In this document: in pieces, positions 48,701 through 62,920 of the stretch
How the letters are laid out: every line of letters begins with the position of its first letter
Numbering within the stretch: position 1 is the first letter of the stretch
Source: Antedon mediterranea
Lineage: Eukaryota; Animalia; Echinodermata
Length of the DNA: 64,000 nt
Direction of reading: 5' to 3'
Assembly (NCBI RefSeq): GCF_964355755.1
Contig: NC_092670.1
Location: 26,894,795 to 26,958,794 of the forward strand
Notes under the pieces: model-generated
Database searches by the model: none
Seen by the model: the letters and a program-made list of their open reading frames with translations, nothing else
What the model was told of the DNA's origin: nothing
Translations under genes and position numbers: made by a program

Positions 48701-51700
48701 GAGCAAATACCAAGAACTTGCAGCCACATTCTAACAAATCTACAACATAATCCCTTAAAAAAAGCCCAAAACAAGTGTGTACAATATTATTAAGTAGGGT
48801 ACTTTTGTCAAACGTGCAATTGTATTTATACTAACTTGATAGCCTTTATCTTGGCCAGTCCCGTTCCATTGAAGTATTGTAAGAGAGCTGACCTATCATT
48901 TGCATTCTAAAAGTGAAGAAAACAATACCATCACTTAGAATTATTCATTAAAAAAATTTGAACTGCTAACCGTTTACTCATTTCATAGAGTTTCTTCAAA
49001 AGACATTTTATAATATTAATAATAATTTATTCATCCTAAATCAGAAACAGCATTAAGACATACGCAAATATATATAAATATTTATTTTTTCACGGAGAAA
49101 TTTTATGTAGGAGAATTTTACAGTAGGCGGAGGTATGCACTCTCGGAGTGGCTTTCTAGTTGTTATTATTACCAGGTGTAGATTAGTATGACCCCAATTA
49201 CAAGATTAACATTATTATTACAGACTGTTTCATGAAGGTTATAAAAATCACTCTACATCAGGTGCTACTAGACTCTGAGCAAAGAATAATATAAAGTGCA
49301 ATTCACCGGAACCGGCATTAAGGGGGTTTAACCTTTTCACACATAGGCCAGCATTCTTAAATTGCCGCAATATTACCGTCTTACAGCTCTGTGTGAAAGG
49401 GGCTTTGTAGACCATGGAGTAAAGAATATTAATAATTCTTTACTGTAGACATAGATTGCATTGTTTATTTACTAATATTACAGGGCTTTGTCAATATAAT
49501 TCATAATTCAGCCAGAGGTTCCTACTATTATATTCCTTGTGTATTTTGAAAATACTCCCTTTTTTTCCCAATAAAATACAATTATGTATTTTTAAAATTT
49601 TCAACTTAATGCACCTTAGATATTTCCTTTGATGAAATCTGCAAACTCCTTCTATGAGTGTTAACTAATGCTGGATCCAGTATAACAACTTGTCTTGACT
49701 TAGATGGTAGCTGTGACAGAACCTGCTTCTTAGTCCTTCTAATCATTATACCTTCCTCTAGAAGCAGTTGAAGTTCTGTCATGTTGGAAGAGCCAGTATA
49801 ATCCCAGCCCCATTTGTTCTACATTGAAGTAAAAATATGTTGTTGGTGTTAAAAGGCAATGCAATCAAAGACAGTGATGAAAATAGTCACTGCCAAATTT
49901 TTGACTAAAGGAACTTTGAAATTGCCGTGGTAGCATACTACTCGCTAGCAACAACTCCTTTTCCACTGTAAAGAACCAATGGCATTTGTTCCCAAGATGA
50001 ATCACTGGCCTGATAAACTTAAATGAAACTGTCAGTTAAAGATGAATATTCACCTTTTTATTTGTATTAGTAGTTTAATTGCATTTTGTCCCATTGGAAC
50101 ATATGGTTTCTACAACAAAATGGATGGATGGACTGGTAGGGTCGTTAACCCAATGTAGTGATAAGTGACAGAGGCTGAGATGGATAGAACACAAGGGTAA
50201 ACCTGTACTCTTACGAAAGATGCACTGTTAGTGGGGTTCCTTAGCTCTAAAAAAGGGTTGATACTTCAAATTTGATTAGAAGCATGACATTTGGTATGGA
50301 AACCTGTATCGAAAATTCGCAAATTTTAAGATTTGAGGCCATTTAAAATTTGACTTTTGACCCTGACCGATTTCTCAGAACGGTACATCATAGAAACACG
50401 AAAATAATGGCAAATGATGCAGAAGCACTACTTTCTATTCATGTTTAATAGAAACTTATGCATTTAACTCAATAGTACTACAGGAGTAATTTTAAAATAA
50501 TATATTTGGACCTATTGGGCGAACCTTCAAAATAGAAAAAGATGCACTAATATGTGTCTACTGTGTTGATTGTGTGATTTAACATCATTACTACAGCAAT
50601 TATGTAAAAAAAGAAATCATTCCTTTTCATTATTATGCTGTTTGTATCTTAAATTAAAAAATAACTGTACCGTAATCCAACCCTCTCACAAAGATTTACT
50701 TTAACGGCAGATGCAGTCACAGAAAGCTGTTGTCTAAAAAATCTAAAGGCTGTGCTCGGTTTAGTGAGTACAAAAGTGAAACAATTTTACCAACTCAAGA
50801 AAGATGTTACAATCAAAGAAAATGACAAAAAAATGCCATAGGCCTATATCATTTCCAAACGTGCCACCCTCTTATGTTTTTCGCCAACTATAAGTGGTGA
50901 GACTCATGAATACTGTTTAGTTTCAGGTCTTATCCAAGAAGTCTTGTAAGTAAAAAAAATCCTTTTCATGTTATACATTACCCTAATTCAACCACATCTT
51001 TTGTAATTGTAATTTAATTTGGGCAGCAATTAATAACAAAAATTATTACTTTTTCTCATTATTGCGCACCTTTAAGGTTAGTGTGCGTCCTATAGAACGT
51101 GATCATAGTTTGCGTCACATTTTTTAGTGAGCCAAGTGTTACTCGTACCAGTTGGCTCAGCCGATAGCTCTAGTGTTTGCCGGGCTTTAACTCAATATTC
51201 TTATTACATACGATTTATTTAAATTTCAAACTATATATGGGTCATTCTTCGGTAAGTGCCTAAAATCGTGTCCCGATACTTTGGTGGGATAGAGACTGAA
51301 AATTCTTACTTGACTTATATCATAATCATCATTATTGTAAATATAATTAATTACATAAACCAAAGATAATAACATTTTTATAAAAATGTTTCAGGCAACC
51401 CCCTAAAACCTCATGTCCCGATCGTACATCTTCAATTTTATGATCGCTGTATATATTTCATAACAGGACTTTTGTTATTAAAAATATTGTAAAAAGTTAG
51501 TTAATCATGATATCATGCAATTTTATTCTTCAAAATACATCTCTACATACATTATATCTCAAACTTTTAAGTTTTCGTTTGGAAAAAGCTTGTCCCGCAC
51601 TTTTGTGTCATATCCGTCACATAATTTAAATGTGCCGTCTACAGTTTAATAAACGGCGGGGAAAAAAATTGATTGTGCGTTGTAAACATACGAAGATATT

Positions 51701-54700
51701 GAAATAAAACTAGCTGCACATCATTTTCAATAAAAGAGGAAAAAAGCTAATAAAACTAGGCTTTAGAAAAATTACAGTTGCGTACCTTTATTCAATGTCA
51801 TATCCGAACGGTATAGAACTCATTAAATAATCATAATTTCTGATTTTTTTTCAACTGGAAGTACAATTTATTAACGGTATCTAGAAGTATGTACTCCGTC
51901 TCCGCTGTCAAACATGCCTACGGGGTGATCCTGGGCTGTTCTAAGCTAAATACATAATCTTCGTCACGGTCAGCTCCGTCACATTTCCCAATGTTTTGTT
52001 GTGACGGAGATGACAGCCAGTGACGGATATGACTTTTTGTTATTGCCAGGGCCTTTTTTTGTTGTACATTTTGTTTTGTTTATCTCTATTATGTTATTAC
52101 ATTGTATATCTATGTGACTCTGGTCAATAAACATATTCAAATCATATTAGTAGGCATGTTAAGGTGCATATTTTAGGCAAATCCTTCAAATTGTGATAAT
52201 ATTTTGAAACTTTGAAATCCAACATGGCCGCCATGCAATCAAAATGTTAGTTATAACAATATGTTTGGTGACCCCACTACCATATAATTTGCACCTAAAA
52301 TCAGAACTCTAGGTGCCTTTTTAGCAGAGATATACCTGAAAAGTGAAAATTTGGGGTCCGCCATTTTGAAATCAAACATGGTCGCCATGCAATCAAAATG
52401 TTAGTTATACCAATATGTTTGGTGACCCCACTACCATATAATTTGCACCTAAAATCAGAACTCTAGGTGCCTTTTTAGCAGAGATATACCTGAAAAGTGA
52501 ACATTTGGGGTCCGCCATTTTGAAATCAAACATGGTCGCCATGCAATCAAAATGTTAGTTATACCAATATGTTTGGTGACCCCACTACCTTATAATTTGC
52601 ACCTAAAATCAGAACTCTAGGTGCCTTTTTAGCAGAGATATACCTGAAAAGTGAACATTTGGGGTCCACCATTTTGAAATCCAAAATGGCGGCTTTCCCC
52701 TGACCAAATTTTGTGCAACCCTTCCATTTCATATGTTTGACACCCTTATCACAATTTGAAGGATTGGTTCACTTAACAGGCCTACTATATCTTGAAGTAA
52801 TTTCCGTCACATGATTTTTGAGGTTCGTCATATCCGTCACATGATTTTTGAGGTTCGTCATATCCGTCACGGTTTCATCTCCGTCACATGGATATTTTAT
52901 CCTTTTAAATCCTAAAATATTTCAGTAATAATAATAATAATAATAATAATAATACCACATTTATATAGCGTCCTTTTCATGAGTAATCATGCTCAAAGGC
53001 GCTTTACAAGCATTATTACCCCAGTATTTTTTGGGATCAAACACGTATGGAAACATACTCCCATAATGCAGCCGGTAACCAGCGCAAAGTTGTGTCTAGA
53101 TCTAACTGGGTACCCATTTATACACCTGGGTGGAGAGAGGCAACGTAAGTAAAGTATCTTGCCTACGGATACAAGCAATGCGGCGAGAGTTGGATTCGAA
53201 CCTAGGTCTGACGATCGGTAGTCCAACGTCCAACACACTGCGCCACACGCCCTTCAGTAATGAACGCAATTATGTGGTATAATTGAAATATAAACCATAT
53301 TCTTCTACTATGTCAATGGTTAGAAATATTAGTTCAACAGAATTTCGTAAAACATCACTGACAGTCATACTATTTTCTGAAATTTATTATTTTTTGGAAT
53401 AGTAAATGGTTTTGAACGTATAACATCATACTAATAAATGTTAAAACAATCATTTTTTGATTAATCGAGAAAAAAATACTGTATATACTGTAGTATCAAA
53501 GAATTAATAATGGAAATAATTTTATAATTCCTAACCCGTTATTTTTTCTATTTTTGTATATTCCATAAATGTGATGGATATGACAGCAGCATGGAACCAT
53601 GTATTTATAAATGCGAATAAAAAACGATTTTTTATAAACCTGAAATTAGACACTTACTGAAGAATCACCCATATTTTATTTTCAAATTCCACATTTTAAG
53701 GTTGTGATTGCATATGAGATTTCAAAAGAGTGAATGCATTAAGTACAAATTTGCACTTACATAACATAAAAAATAGAGTAATATTGAATATCATGTGAAC
53801 ACAATCCTCCAATCAAATTATAAAGGACCTACTTATGATTTTTTTTATTTCATGTGGTAGCAACTGTGATCAATTTATGAAACTTACCTGACAAGCATTA
53901 CAGTAGCGAAGTCCAAATTCATGGAACACAGGAAACAGAGTGGGGTCAATTGCATTGATCTGAACATACAGCTCACAAGGCCTCGACAAAGCAGGTGTAC
54001 CAGACAATAAAATCACACGATTTGCATTCTGTAAAAAATAGACATGTATGTGTATCTGTGAGCAACTACAGTAATTGAATTAAATTGGAAAAGTTGAATT
54101 ATACTGAGAACACAATTGAATTGCAACAGCAATATATTGGCATAATTGTTATTTTGATATCATAGTGTGTGACTAGATGTATTCAACAATTTGCAAAAAA
54201 GTGTCTCATGCATGCTACGAAAACATCTAATTGCACTGCTCGTATAGAAACTGTGAGTCAGAGGAGTCAGATCTCCTAAAACAAAGACCAGTCAATTAAG
54301 CCTAGAGATATACACAGTAAAACAGTTTTAATTACAGTTAGGAACTACTGTTTGACACTCAGGATTTTCATACAGTATACTACTGTTGGTGTATGTGTCT
54401 TCCTCACCTACGTAAAATGCAAGTATCACTACCATAGGCAAACTGATATTTAGACTATGTTAATGAAAACATTTTAAAGTTATTTTCTGCAATACTAAAT
54501 AGCATGTATTGTTTAAGCTCATTCAATATCATTCAATAAGTAACATATTTTGACAAGAAAATGAATTATGTAAAAGTTCCTTAATAATTGTCATTAAACT
54601 ATCCTTGGGGATAAGGGGGTAACATGCAACAAACCTTCAGTATCGGAATTGCAGCTTTCGTTCTTGCAGTTTTGAAGTTTTTTAGGAAATGAGATTCATC
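42739..54700 (-). CDS. SMARCAL1: SMARCAL1 (HARP) annealing helicase, 3' nine exons; 5' part lies beyond the right edge
   Basis: Exons 54700-54635 (DESHFLKN), 54028-53888 ([11 protein letters not shown]), 49818-49615 ([16 protein letters not shown]), 48906-48836, 48753-48654 (KFLVFAHH), 47361-47179 ([24 protein letters not shown]), 45822-45722 ([11 protein letters not shown]), 45561-45474 (WPLIQEK) and 43008-42739 (DPRQ to stop). All are GT-AG and in phase. Confidence 0.95.
43047..44700. mobile_element. Helentron/DINE-1-like repeat (opposite orientation) with an internal ~256-bp tandem duplication
   Basis: Ends ...GCGGATAACTAACTCGTC...TTCAAATCTAGT; hairpin GTTATCCGCAAC..GTTGCAGGATAAC at the other end. 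About 43737-43990 is repeated at about 43995-44250. Confidence 0.6.
46050..47010 (-). mobile_element. 5'-truncated CR1/L2-group LINE (RT C-terminus and 3' UTR)
   Basis: ORF 46439-47002 has [37 protein letters not shown] and LQKKAIR. A 3' hairpin TTGGAGG-TTTT-CCTCCAA lies at about 46138-46155. Confidence 0.8.
47702..48610. mobile_element. Helentron/DINE-1-like repeat with a nested MITE
   Basis: Same ACTAGATTTGAACTCGT start and GTTATCCGCCAAGTGCAGATAAC hairpin end as the other copies. Confidence 0.6.
47852..48213. mobile_element. MITE with GAG termini and TATA flanks (Sola-like)
   Basis: TATA|GAGTATCACGGTGTGACGTCAC ... GTGACGTCAGCACTGTAATACTC|TATA, with long imperfect inverted repeats. Confidence 0.65.
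51239..53670. mobile_element. Non-autonomous TIR element, Sola2-like (GGG termini, 4-bp TSD)
   Basis: TIRs GGGTCATTCTTCGGTAAGTGCCTA and GGGTGATTCTTCAGTAAGTGTCTA (21/24), TSD ATAT. Internally there are three ~155-bp tandem units at about 52200-52690. Confidence 0.75.
52930..53252 (-). mobile_element. Full-length tRNA-derived SINE with a Deu/Nin-like central core
   Basis: A box TGGCGCAGTGTG, B box GGTTCGAATCC, core CCACCCAGGTGTATAAATGGGTACC, LINE-like tail ending in (TAT)n, and TSD TTCAGTAAT (52921-52929 and 53253-53261). Confidence 0.88.
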
Positions 54701-55412
54701 CTACCAAGAAAGGAAATCGAAATAGAAGAACTAATTAAAAAACTATGGAAGGGCATGAAAATGTTGTCATTTAAGATATGTTATCACTAGAATGCAGTGC
54801 AAGGACTCTGCGTAACTAATTTGACCAGTCACTTAAGCAAAAATGTTATGATTGTATACGTCTTGTGGAAAAATGTGTACAGTGCAATGGTCTGTCATAT
54901 CTTACATTAGGACAAGTTAAGGCAACGTGATTAAAAACGTCCGATTTCCAGTTGTTTTCATTACATTTTTGTACATTTCTACTAGTCCGAATTCCGCCGA
55001 AATTCAATAATAGTTTTATCATATTTTTTTTTCATTTTTATAGCAGCAGGTTTTATTTTTTTCGGTTTTAGTATAGAAATAAGCTGAATTGGCTAAAGTT
55101 TTCCTGTTACAGGTCCGCTGTTATTATGGGGGCGATTTTGGGGAATTGTGACAATTTGTAGCTTTTTTTTATTGTAAAAATCAATGTGGTTAATAAATGG
55201 CGTCGGACATTTTGTTTGGTAAGAATCGACCAAGTAGAAGCCAATGCATTACAATAGCACGGGATAATTTGATCGTATATTCGTGCTGAAGAAGCTCAAA
55301 TTTGTAAGTGAAATATTGAATATTTGTATACTGAAATATAATGTTGATTTTAAGTTTGTGTATGTGTAGATAAATGTATAGATATAAATTATAATGATAT
55401 ATATATATATAT

Positions 55413-55565
55413 CCCGAAAGCTCTGCTAACTTTTCTGGCTGTTTTACTTTATCGTTTTGATTTAGGTTTTCGCATTTTTTGTATCTCCATTGAGATCCAG
55501 CCACTGATAGTGGATACCCACAGCATTGTTATTTCTTCAGTAATTTGCCTTTGGATTTATAAATT
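55413..55565 (+). mobile_element. Penelope-like pLTR fragment, second copy (3' half of the hammerhead only)
   Basis: CCCGAAAGCTCTGCTAAC... matches the 625-780 repeat and is preceded by (TA)n. Confidence 0.55.
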
Positions 55566-56633
55566 ATAATGTATTTACATAATACATATGGCAGTTATGA
55601 TTGTTACAGTCAATGACTATATTCTGCTAGCTCCTTGCATTCCATTTTCTATAGGTGATGCAGCAAGCTAATCTAATTTCCCTGTGGCAGGGAAGCATCT
55701 GTAATATAGAAATGTATAAACCATTGACCTAGGCCCTACCGGTACTGATATATTAATAAATTGACTATTTAAATAATTTACTCTTCATTCACACAAACAC
55801 ACTAAATACCCCTATTTTACAATGGACCGGTCCACACGCTTCATTGACAAGCCACTGTATTTCGATTAAAAAGGTTAGAGGATTATGTTATACTCCATGC
55901 AGTGAATTTTGACTAATCTAACTTAAACTAATTATTTAATTTGATTTTAAATTTATTTTAAAAGGTAACCCTTCCTTCCAGCTGAACAAAATAATGCAAG
56001 GGGCTCCTCTTAAATTCCAATAAAATACACGATACAAATACATGTGCTCTAGAAAAAATGACTATAAAATTGAAATACAATTTCCCCTGATTCATTAACC
56101 TAATGAATGAGTCAATCAAGTAACAATCAATTTAGTATTCAAATTGTTCAAAAGTTCAAACAATTTATTATTGTTACTATTCAGGACCTTCGAATAGTAA
56201 TAGAGAGTGATATATCAATTCATTAGTCAACCTTTTTGTTCTGGTCTTTATCAACTTTAATGTTTTGTAATTTTAATTTGTTTGAAAAGCAATGAATACA
56301 TAATGACAAGCGAAAAAAAAGTAATCAAATTATCAGGTTTACACCTCGAATATAAGTTTGAGCATGGTTTATAAATTTGGTTCCTACTAGGACACAACAT
56401 GAGCCATAATGCTAGCAAATTGACCACTCACATGTGTTTGTATAAAGCATAACATTATTATTACAATCTATAATTCATGGAACCAAGTATAAATGCAGTT
56501 TAAATGTCAATATAGGCAAAAAGTCATACAAAATACACATGTAATATAATATAAAAAGTAAAAATAATATAATAAAATAATAATAAACAAATTATTGATT
56601 GTCCTCAGAAACTGAGTAACCTTGTGTTAGGTT

Positions 56634-57820
56634 CTCTACAGACCCACCCCAACAGTCTATACAGACCCACTCCAGCAGCCTCTCAGACCCACCTCACCAG
56701 CCTCTACAGACTCACCTCTGTCGCCTCTACAGACCCACCCTAGTATCCTCTGCAGACTCACCCCAGCAGCCTCTACAGACCCACTCCACCAGCCTCTACA
56801 GACTCACTCAAGCAGTCTCACCCTAGCAGCCACTACAGACTCACCCAAGCAGCCTCTACAGACTCACCCAAGCAGCCTCTACAGACTCACCCCAGCAGCC
56901 TCTACAGACTCACCCCAGCAGCCTCTATAGACTCATCCCAGCAGCCACTACAGACTCACCCAAGCAGCCTCACCCTAGCAGCCACTACAGACTCACCCAA
57001 GCAGCCTCTACAGACTCACCAAAGCAGCCTCTACAGACTCACCCCAGCAGCCTCTATAGACTCACCCCAGCAGCCTCTATAGACTCATCCCAGCGGCCTC
57101 TAGAGACCCATCACAGCAGCCTCTACAGACCCATCACAGCAGCCTCTACAGACTAACCACCAGCAGCCTCTACAGACTCATCCCAGCGGCCTCTACAGAC
57201 CCACCCCAACAGCCTATACAGACCCACTCCAGCAGCCTCTCAGACCCACCTCACCAGCCTCTACAGACCCACCTCTGCAGACCCACCCCAGTAGCCTCTG
57301 CAGACTCACCCCAGCAGCCTCTACAGACCCACTCCACCAGCCCCTACAGACTCCCCTCAGCAGCCTCACCTCAGCAGCCTCTACAGACTCACCCCTGCGG
57401 CCTCTACAGACCCACCCCAGCGGCCTCTACAGACTCACCCCAGCAACCTCTACAGACTCACCCCAGCAGCCTCTACAGACTCACCCCAGCAGCCTCTACA
57501 GACTCACCCCAGCAGCCTCTATAGACTCATCCCAGCGGCCTCTAGAGACCCATCACAGCAGGCTCTACAGACTAACCGCCAGCAGCTTCTACAGACTAAC
57601 CCCCAGCAGCCTCTATAGACTAACCGCCAGCAGCCTCTACTGACACACCCTAGCAACCTCTACAGACTCATCCCAGCGGCCTCTACAGACTCATCCCAGC
57701 GGCCTCTACAGACCCATCCAAGCAGCCTCTACAGACTAACCCAGCAGCCTCTACAGACTAACCCCCAGCAGCCTCTACAAACTTGCCCCAGAAGCCTCTA
57801 CAGACCCACCTTAGCAGCCA
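56634..57820. repeat. C-rich 23-bp minisatellite, about 50 units
   Basis: Consensus TCACCCCAGCAGCCTCTACAGAC, with variant units. Confidence 0.95.
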
Positions 57821-58081
57821 CAGTATGCCGTAAGTAGTAAATCGTATTGTGCAGCAGTGTGTACAGAATCAACACACGTATCCTTTGCGAGGCTGAGTTA
57901 AACGGACATTTTCAGCGAAAAAAGATGCTTGTATGAAAATTGTTTCCTGCTCAACATGATGTCCTAGCCTGGCACTAGCTAGCTAGTGTAGTTGGCTACT
58001 GACTTTAAATATACTTCCTAGCTGGTTAGGGCTGGTTAGGACTGAGAGGGGTAGCAGCATACTACTCTAGGCTAATAATGC

Positions 58082-61000
58082 GGGTCCTACTAAACACCAC
58101 TCGCAACCACGTCCTACCACTTGCTACAATGCGCAACCACTCGCAACCGAAATTCATATTAATTAAAGTACATTTGGCTTATTTATTGTCTTATTATCAA
58201 TAAAAACCTATTTTTATACACAAAATGGTGCTTTTATACACAAAAAACCTTGTTAAACCGTCGTACTATATAACATCGATAGAAACTGCGTCGCTTGAAT
58301 TGTTGAATGCGTTAACAATGGGACTATTTTGCCACTATTTCCACTTTGAATGTTTATATTCAAATTAATATTGGAATGTTAAATACCTATTTTAATACTT
58401 GCTTGGCCTATCATAATAATATACTTACTTAATTAATAATAATAATTAATTAAATCTTGCCTTTTTTTTTGTCTTTTGTGAGATTCACTCACATTTATTT
58501 CATTCTTTACAATTGTTACAATAATCTATATCAATTTTGTTTCAGTAGAAAACTATCTCTGCAGCTTAAAGTTTTTTTTTGTTTTTCTTATTTTTAGTAT
58601 TTTACATATATAAAAAGTTAAAGCATTTAAAAAATAGACAAAAGTTATATAAAAATATACATCACATAATATAGGTTCACAATTGCCATTACAACGTCAC
58701 AAAATAAAATATACTGTAACTCATATAGCACCAGTAAATAAAACTAGAAAGGTAGAAACCATACTAGAATACTAAGTATTGTGTCGTAATAATATTTTCT
58801 CGTGTTTTTAACCTGTTATTGTTTAACAATTATACATTTTTACATTGCTAAAATAATATTTTTTACTTTTTCCCATTATTTTATGCTTTCCTCTCTTTTA
58901 TACACTATATCACATTCCATTCTGAATAGAATTCCTTGTTTAAAAGATTTCCATAAATTAAAATAACTTTTATTTGTAACATCAGCCAGCATCTTTTGTT
59001 TATAAACCGTGAAAGCAGCAAATGTATATATAAAATCAGTAAGAATATTTCTTGTTCCAATTACCAGATTTTGAAAAGACATGTTTATATGATTGGTACC
59101 TTTTAAAACAATCTCTATTTTTGTCCAAAAACCTTGAATAAATTTACAAGTAAAAAACATATGCTCCTCATCTTGTACAGTACCTCTCCACATCTACCAC
59201 ATATATTAGTATCTTTTAGTTTTACAGATAAACAACCTTTTGTTTGTTGCTAAAATTCTATTTAACAGTTTGAAATTAAAGTGTATTAATTTTTTATCTT
59301 TCATTTTACAAACTTTAGATAACCAACATGACTTCCAATCAATATTCAAATTATGAAAATATTTTTCCCATTTTCCTTGACAAACCGGAGGGTCAAAAAT
59401 TTCCTCCACAAAACAGAGATAAATACTCTTTGTTGTGATGTCCTTATATCTATTCTTAATGACATTTTCTGTTATATTATAATAACAATTTTCCTCGTAT
59501 TTGATTATAGTTTTCCATTGTATTGGTATCGCTTTTTAATAAGCACATGTATTCATTTAACCAGTTTGCTTTGTACTTTAATTTTACCAACAATTCTTTT
59601 GAAGTTATGAATCTATTTTCTTTAATAATATCCTTCACTAAAATAATGCCACATTCAATCCAACGTTTATAACATAGTGATTGGTTTTTAAGTTGTATTA
59701 ACTTATTACCCCACAACTGTCCATTCATTATATAATCATATGTGTCTACACTTCTTTTACAGCAATTACAGTATTATACTTTTCTCATAAAACATAGGCA
59801 TTTTATGTATAAAGTGGTTTTCATCTGTCATGTTAAAAATAATATTTTCTGAACATAAATTATTAATATAAAATTTTGGAATAAATTTCCATTTTGCTTC
59901 ATCTTCATGTAACAACCTTTTTAGCCATGTGACATTAAGTGCTTTTGTATGTAATTTAAAATCTGGCATTTTAATTCCACCTTCGTTTAGGTTTCCAATT
60001 AAGGTTTTCCTTTTTATTTTTTCAGATTTTTTACTCCATAAAAATGTATAACTTTGTTTGTTAACTATGTCATAAACATACTTTGGTACAGTAATAATAT
60101 TTGCATTGTATGTAAGTTTTGCTAGTGCAAGTGACTTCAATATAATTACTTTCCCATAAAGTGTTAAATTTCTAGAACTCCATAATTTCAAAATCTTTTC
60201 AAAATCAACCAATTTATCACTCCAATTTTTAGTTTCACAAGTCTTGTAATCATATCCCACATATATTCCTAATATCTTTATCGGCTTTTTTTCCCAACAT
60301 AAATCAAGTGGTTTATCACTTCTATTTTTCCATTTACCCATCCACATAGCTTTTGATTTATGTTTGTTTAATTTCAAGCCTGACATTTCACAAAATTCTT
60401 CCACAGTTTCAACCGCTGTATGAAGACTCTTTTCATTACCAACATAAAGTATTGTGTCATCAGCTAAAACTGACTTATTCTAGCTTCGACATTTACATTT
60501 GGTAATTTAATTCCCTTGTAAATATTACTATTTCTTATATTAGAAGCCATTATTTCGACCAAAAGAATAAATAAAAGTGCCGATAGCGGACACCCTTGCC
60601 GAATGCCTCTTTCCATTCTGATGTTTTCTGATACCCATCCATTATTAATTGTGACACTCTCTACTCTGTTATACAGAATTTTTACCCATTCACAAAACAC
60701 ATTACCAAATTTTAATTTTGCTAATACAGCAAACATAAACTCTCTACTAACCGAGTCAAAAGCCTTTTTAAAGTCAAGAACCATTATAGCCCCTTCAATA
60801 TAATTTTCTTCCGTATAATAAAGTAGATCTTTAGCTAAACGTATATTTTCCCCCACAAACCTATCTTTAATATAACCCTTTTGGTCTGAATCAATTAGTG
60901 ACTTAATGACCCTGCGTAGTCTATAACTTAACACATGGGCAAGAATTTTATAATCAGTATTTAGGAGTGTAATTGGACGCCAGTTATTTAAATTTTGTTT

Positions 61001-62920
61001 TTCACCACTTTTAAATAAAAGGGTAATAACACCTCTTCTTTGTGAGTTAGAAAGTTCCTTTGAATCAAAGGATTCATTTAACGCATCACATAACAGTTGT
61101 CCAACACCGTCCCAAAAAGAAAATGTAAAATTCTACACCTAGTCCATCTGAGCCAGGCGATTTATTTTTCTTCATACTTAAAAGAGCCCCTTTACATTCC
61201 TCAATAGTGCTTTTACCTTCACATAACTCTTTCTCTTTATCAGTGAGTGTATTCACTTTTGTCTTTTTCAGGTATTCGAAAATTTTTTGGAGCATATCTT
61301 AACACTTTCATACAAACTTTTAAAATGTTTTACTTGAACATCAAGTATATCTTCTGGTTTTGTTACAATCTTTCCATTATTGTTTAACAGACTCTTAATT
61401 TGTTTATTTTTACAGTTTGATTTTTCAAGACCAAGAAAAAAAGATGTACTACGTTCACCTTCTTCAATCCATTTAGCCCTCGATCTTATCTGAGCACCTC
61501 TGGACTCAACATCATAAATATTTTCTAATTCATTTTTTTTGTTTTCCATAATAGTTTCAACATCTACATTATAATTAGAATCATTAATAATGTTTTGATC
61601 TAGAATTTTTATTTCTTTTTGTAATTTTTCTTTTTTTATATTTTGTTTTTTACTTTTTGCTTTACCATATTGAATTGAAAATTCTTGAACTTTCGTTTTT
61701 ATAATTTCCAATTTCATGACTGAACTCCAGTTATTTGCCTTGTTCGCTAATGTTTTTTCAATTATGTTATTTATTGAATTTGTGTATGTCTTATCTTGCA
61801 GATAACTATTATTACATTTCCAGAGCCCTGGACCATGTCTTGGTTCATGCATATCTAACTTAATAGAGACCGCTTGGTGGTCAGAAAAGAACGTCGGGCG
61901 TATATCACAAAACATAATATCCCCATTTATTACTAAATCTTCTGATATAAACCAGTAATCTAACCTACGATAAATATTTTTTAGTTTTTGTCGCCATGTG
62001 AACTGCATTTTGTTTGGATTTATTGTTCTCCAACCATCTATCAACTTAAAATTTTTAATTAGATTTTTAAGCGTAATTACAGATTTATCTATTTTTTTAC
62101 ACTTCCTTTTTGGTCTACATCTATATCTAAAATACAGTTCATGTCTCCTCCCATGATAACCTTTTTACAACTCTCATCATTAAAATCTTTATAAATTTTA
62201 TGAATATTTCTGAAGAATGTACTTCTATTTTTACATTCATTTGGCGCATATACGTTAATAATAATAAGTGGCTTTCCATGTACAAGCAATTTTATAAAAA
62301 TATATCTTCCGTCTTTATCAATTAAAGATTTAATAACGCTACATTCTAAATCTTTTCTAATTAGAACAGAAACACCTCTACTATGTGAACTACCAACACT
62401 TTTTTGTAATTGTATTATTATGGACATGTATCCGGAAAAAAGTTGTTTGATTTGAATATAATTCATGAGACCTAATACTACCGGTATTTGAATATATAAA
62501 TAATCTATTCAGATCCGAGAGAGAAAAAAAAATCCATGTATTTTCGTTCTGTCAGTAACTGTATAACATCTAAAGAAATGGTTAAATGAGATAAACGTTA
62601 TGAAAAACATTGGAATAATTAATGGCTGGCACCTTGATACAAGCCCTCTATATTCTGAGTTGTTATTTCTTGCGTGAGTACTGTGTCTGTGTACACATGT
62701 ACATTGTCATGGACAATGTTGACTCGTTGATTGACAATTGTTTTCCCGTCGTTTTTTTTACTAATTTGACGTTTATTTGTATAAAAATAGGTTTTTATTG
62801 ATAAGACAATAATAAGCCAAATGTACTTTTTAATATGAATTTAGGTTGCGAGTGGTTGCGCGTTGTAGCGAGTGGTTGCGAGTGGTAGGACGTGGTTGCA
62901 AGTGGTGTTTAGTAGGACTC
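58082..62920. mobile_element. Mutator-like long-TIR element enclosing a LINE
   Basis: About 140-bp imperfect TIRs beginning G(G/A)GTCCTACTAAACACCACT, with TSD AATAATGC at 58074-58081 and 62921-62928. Confidence 0.8.
58462..62400 (-). mobile_element. L1/Tx1-clade LINE, 5'-truncated, ORF2 fragmented
   Basis: APE endonuclease (SRGV, NVYAPN, GGDMN, RLDYW, SDH), RT (SPGSDGL, DFKKAFDSV, GIRQGCPLS, frameshifted F/ADDT) and a C-terminal H.F..C motif. AATAAA plus an A-run lies at about 58462-58500. There are multiple frameshifts and stops. Confidence 0.92.

Noticed and set aside
52993-53238. 81-aa ORF / apparent tRNA
   Set aside because: It lies in a SINE; the head has A and B boxes but no complete cloverleaf.
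55586-55698. Possible further SMARCAL1 exon (AG...GT bounded)
   Set aside because: The frame I read contains a stop and shows no SNF2-like sequence; the upstream exons are probably outside the window.
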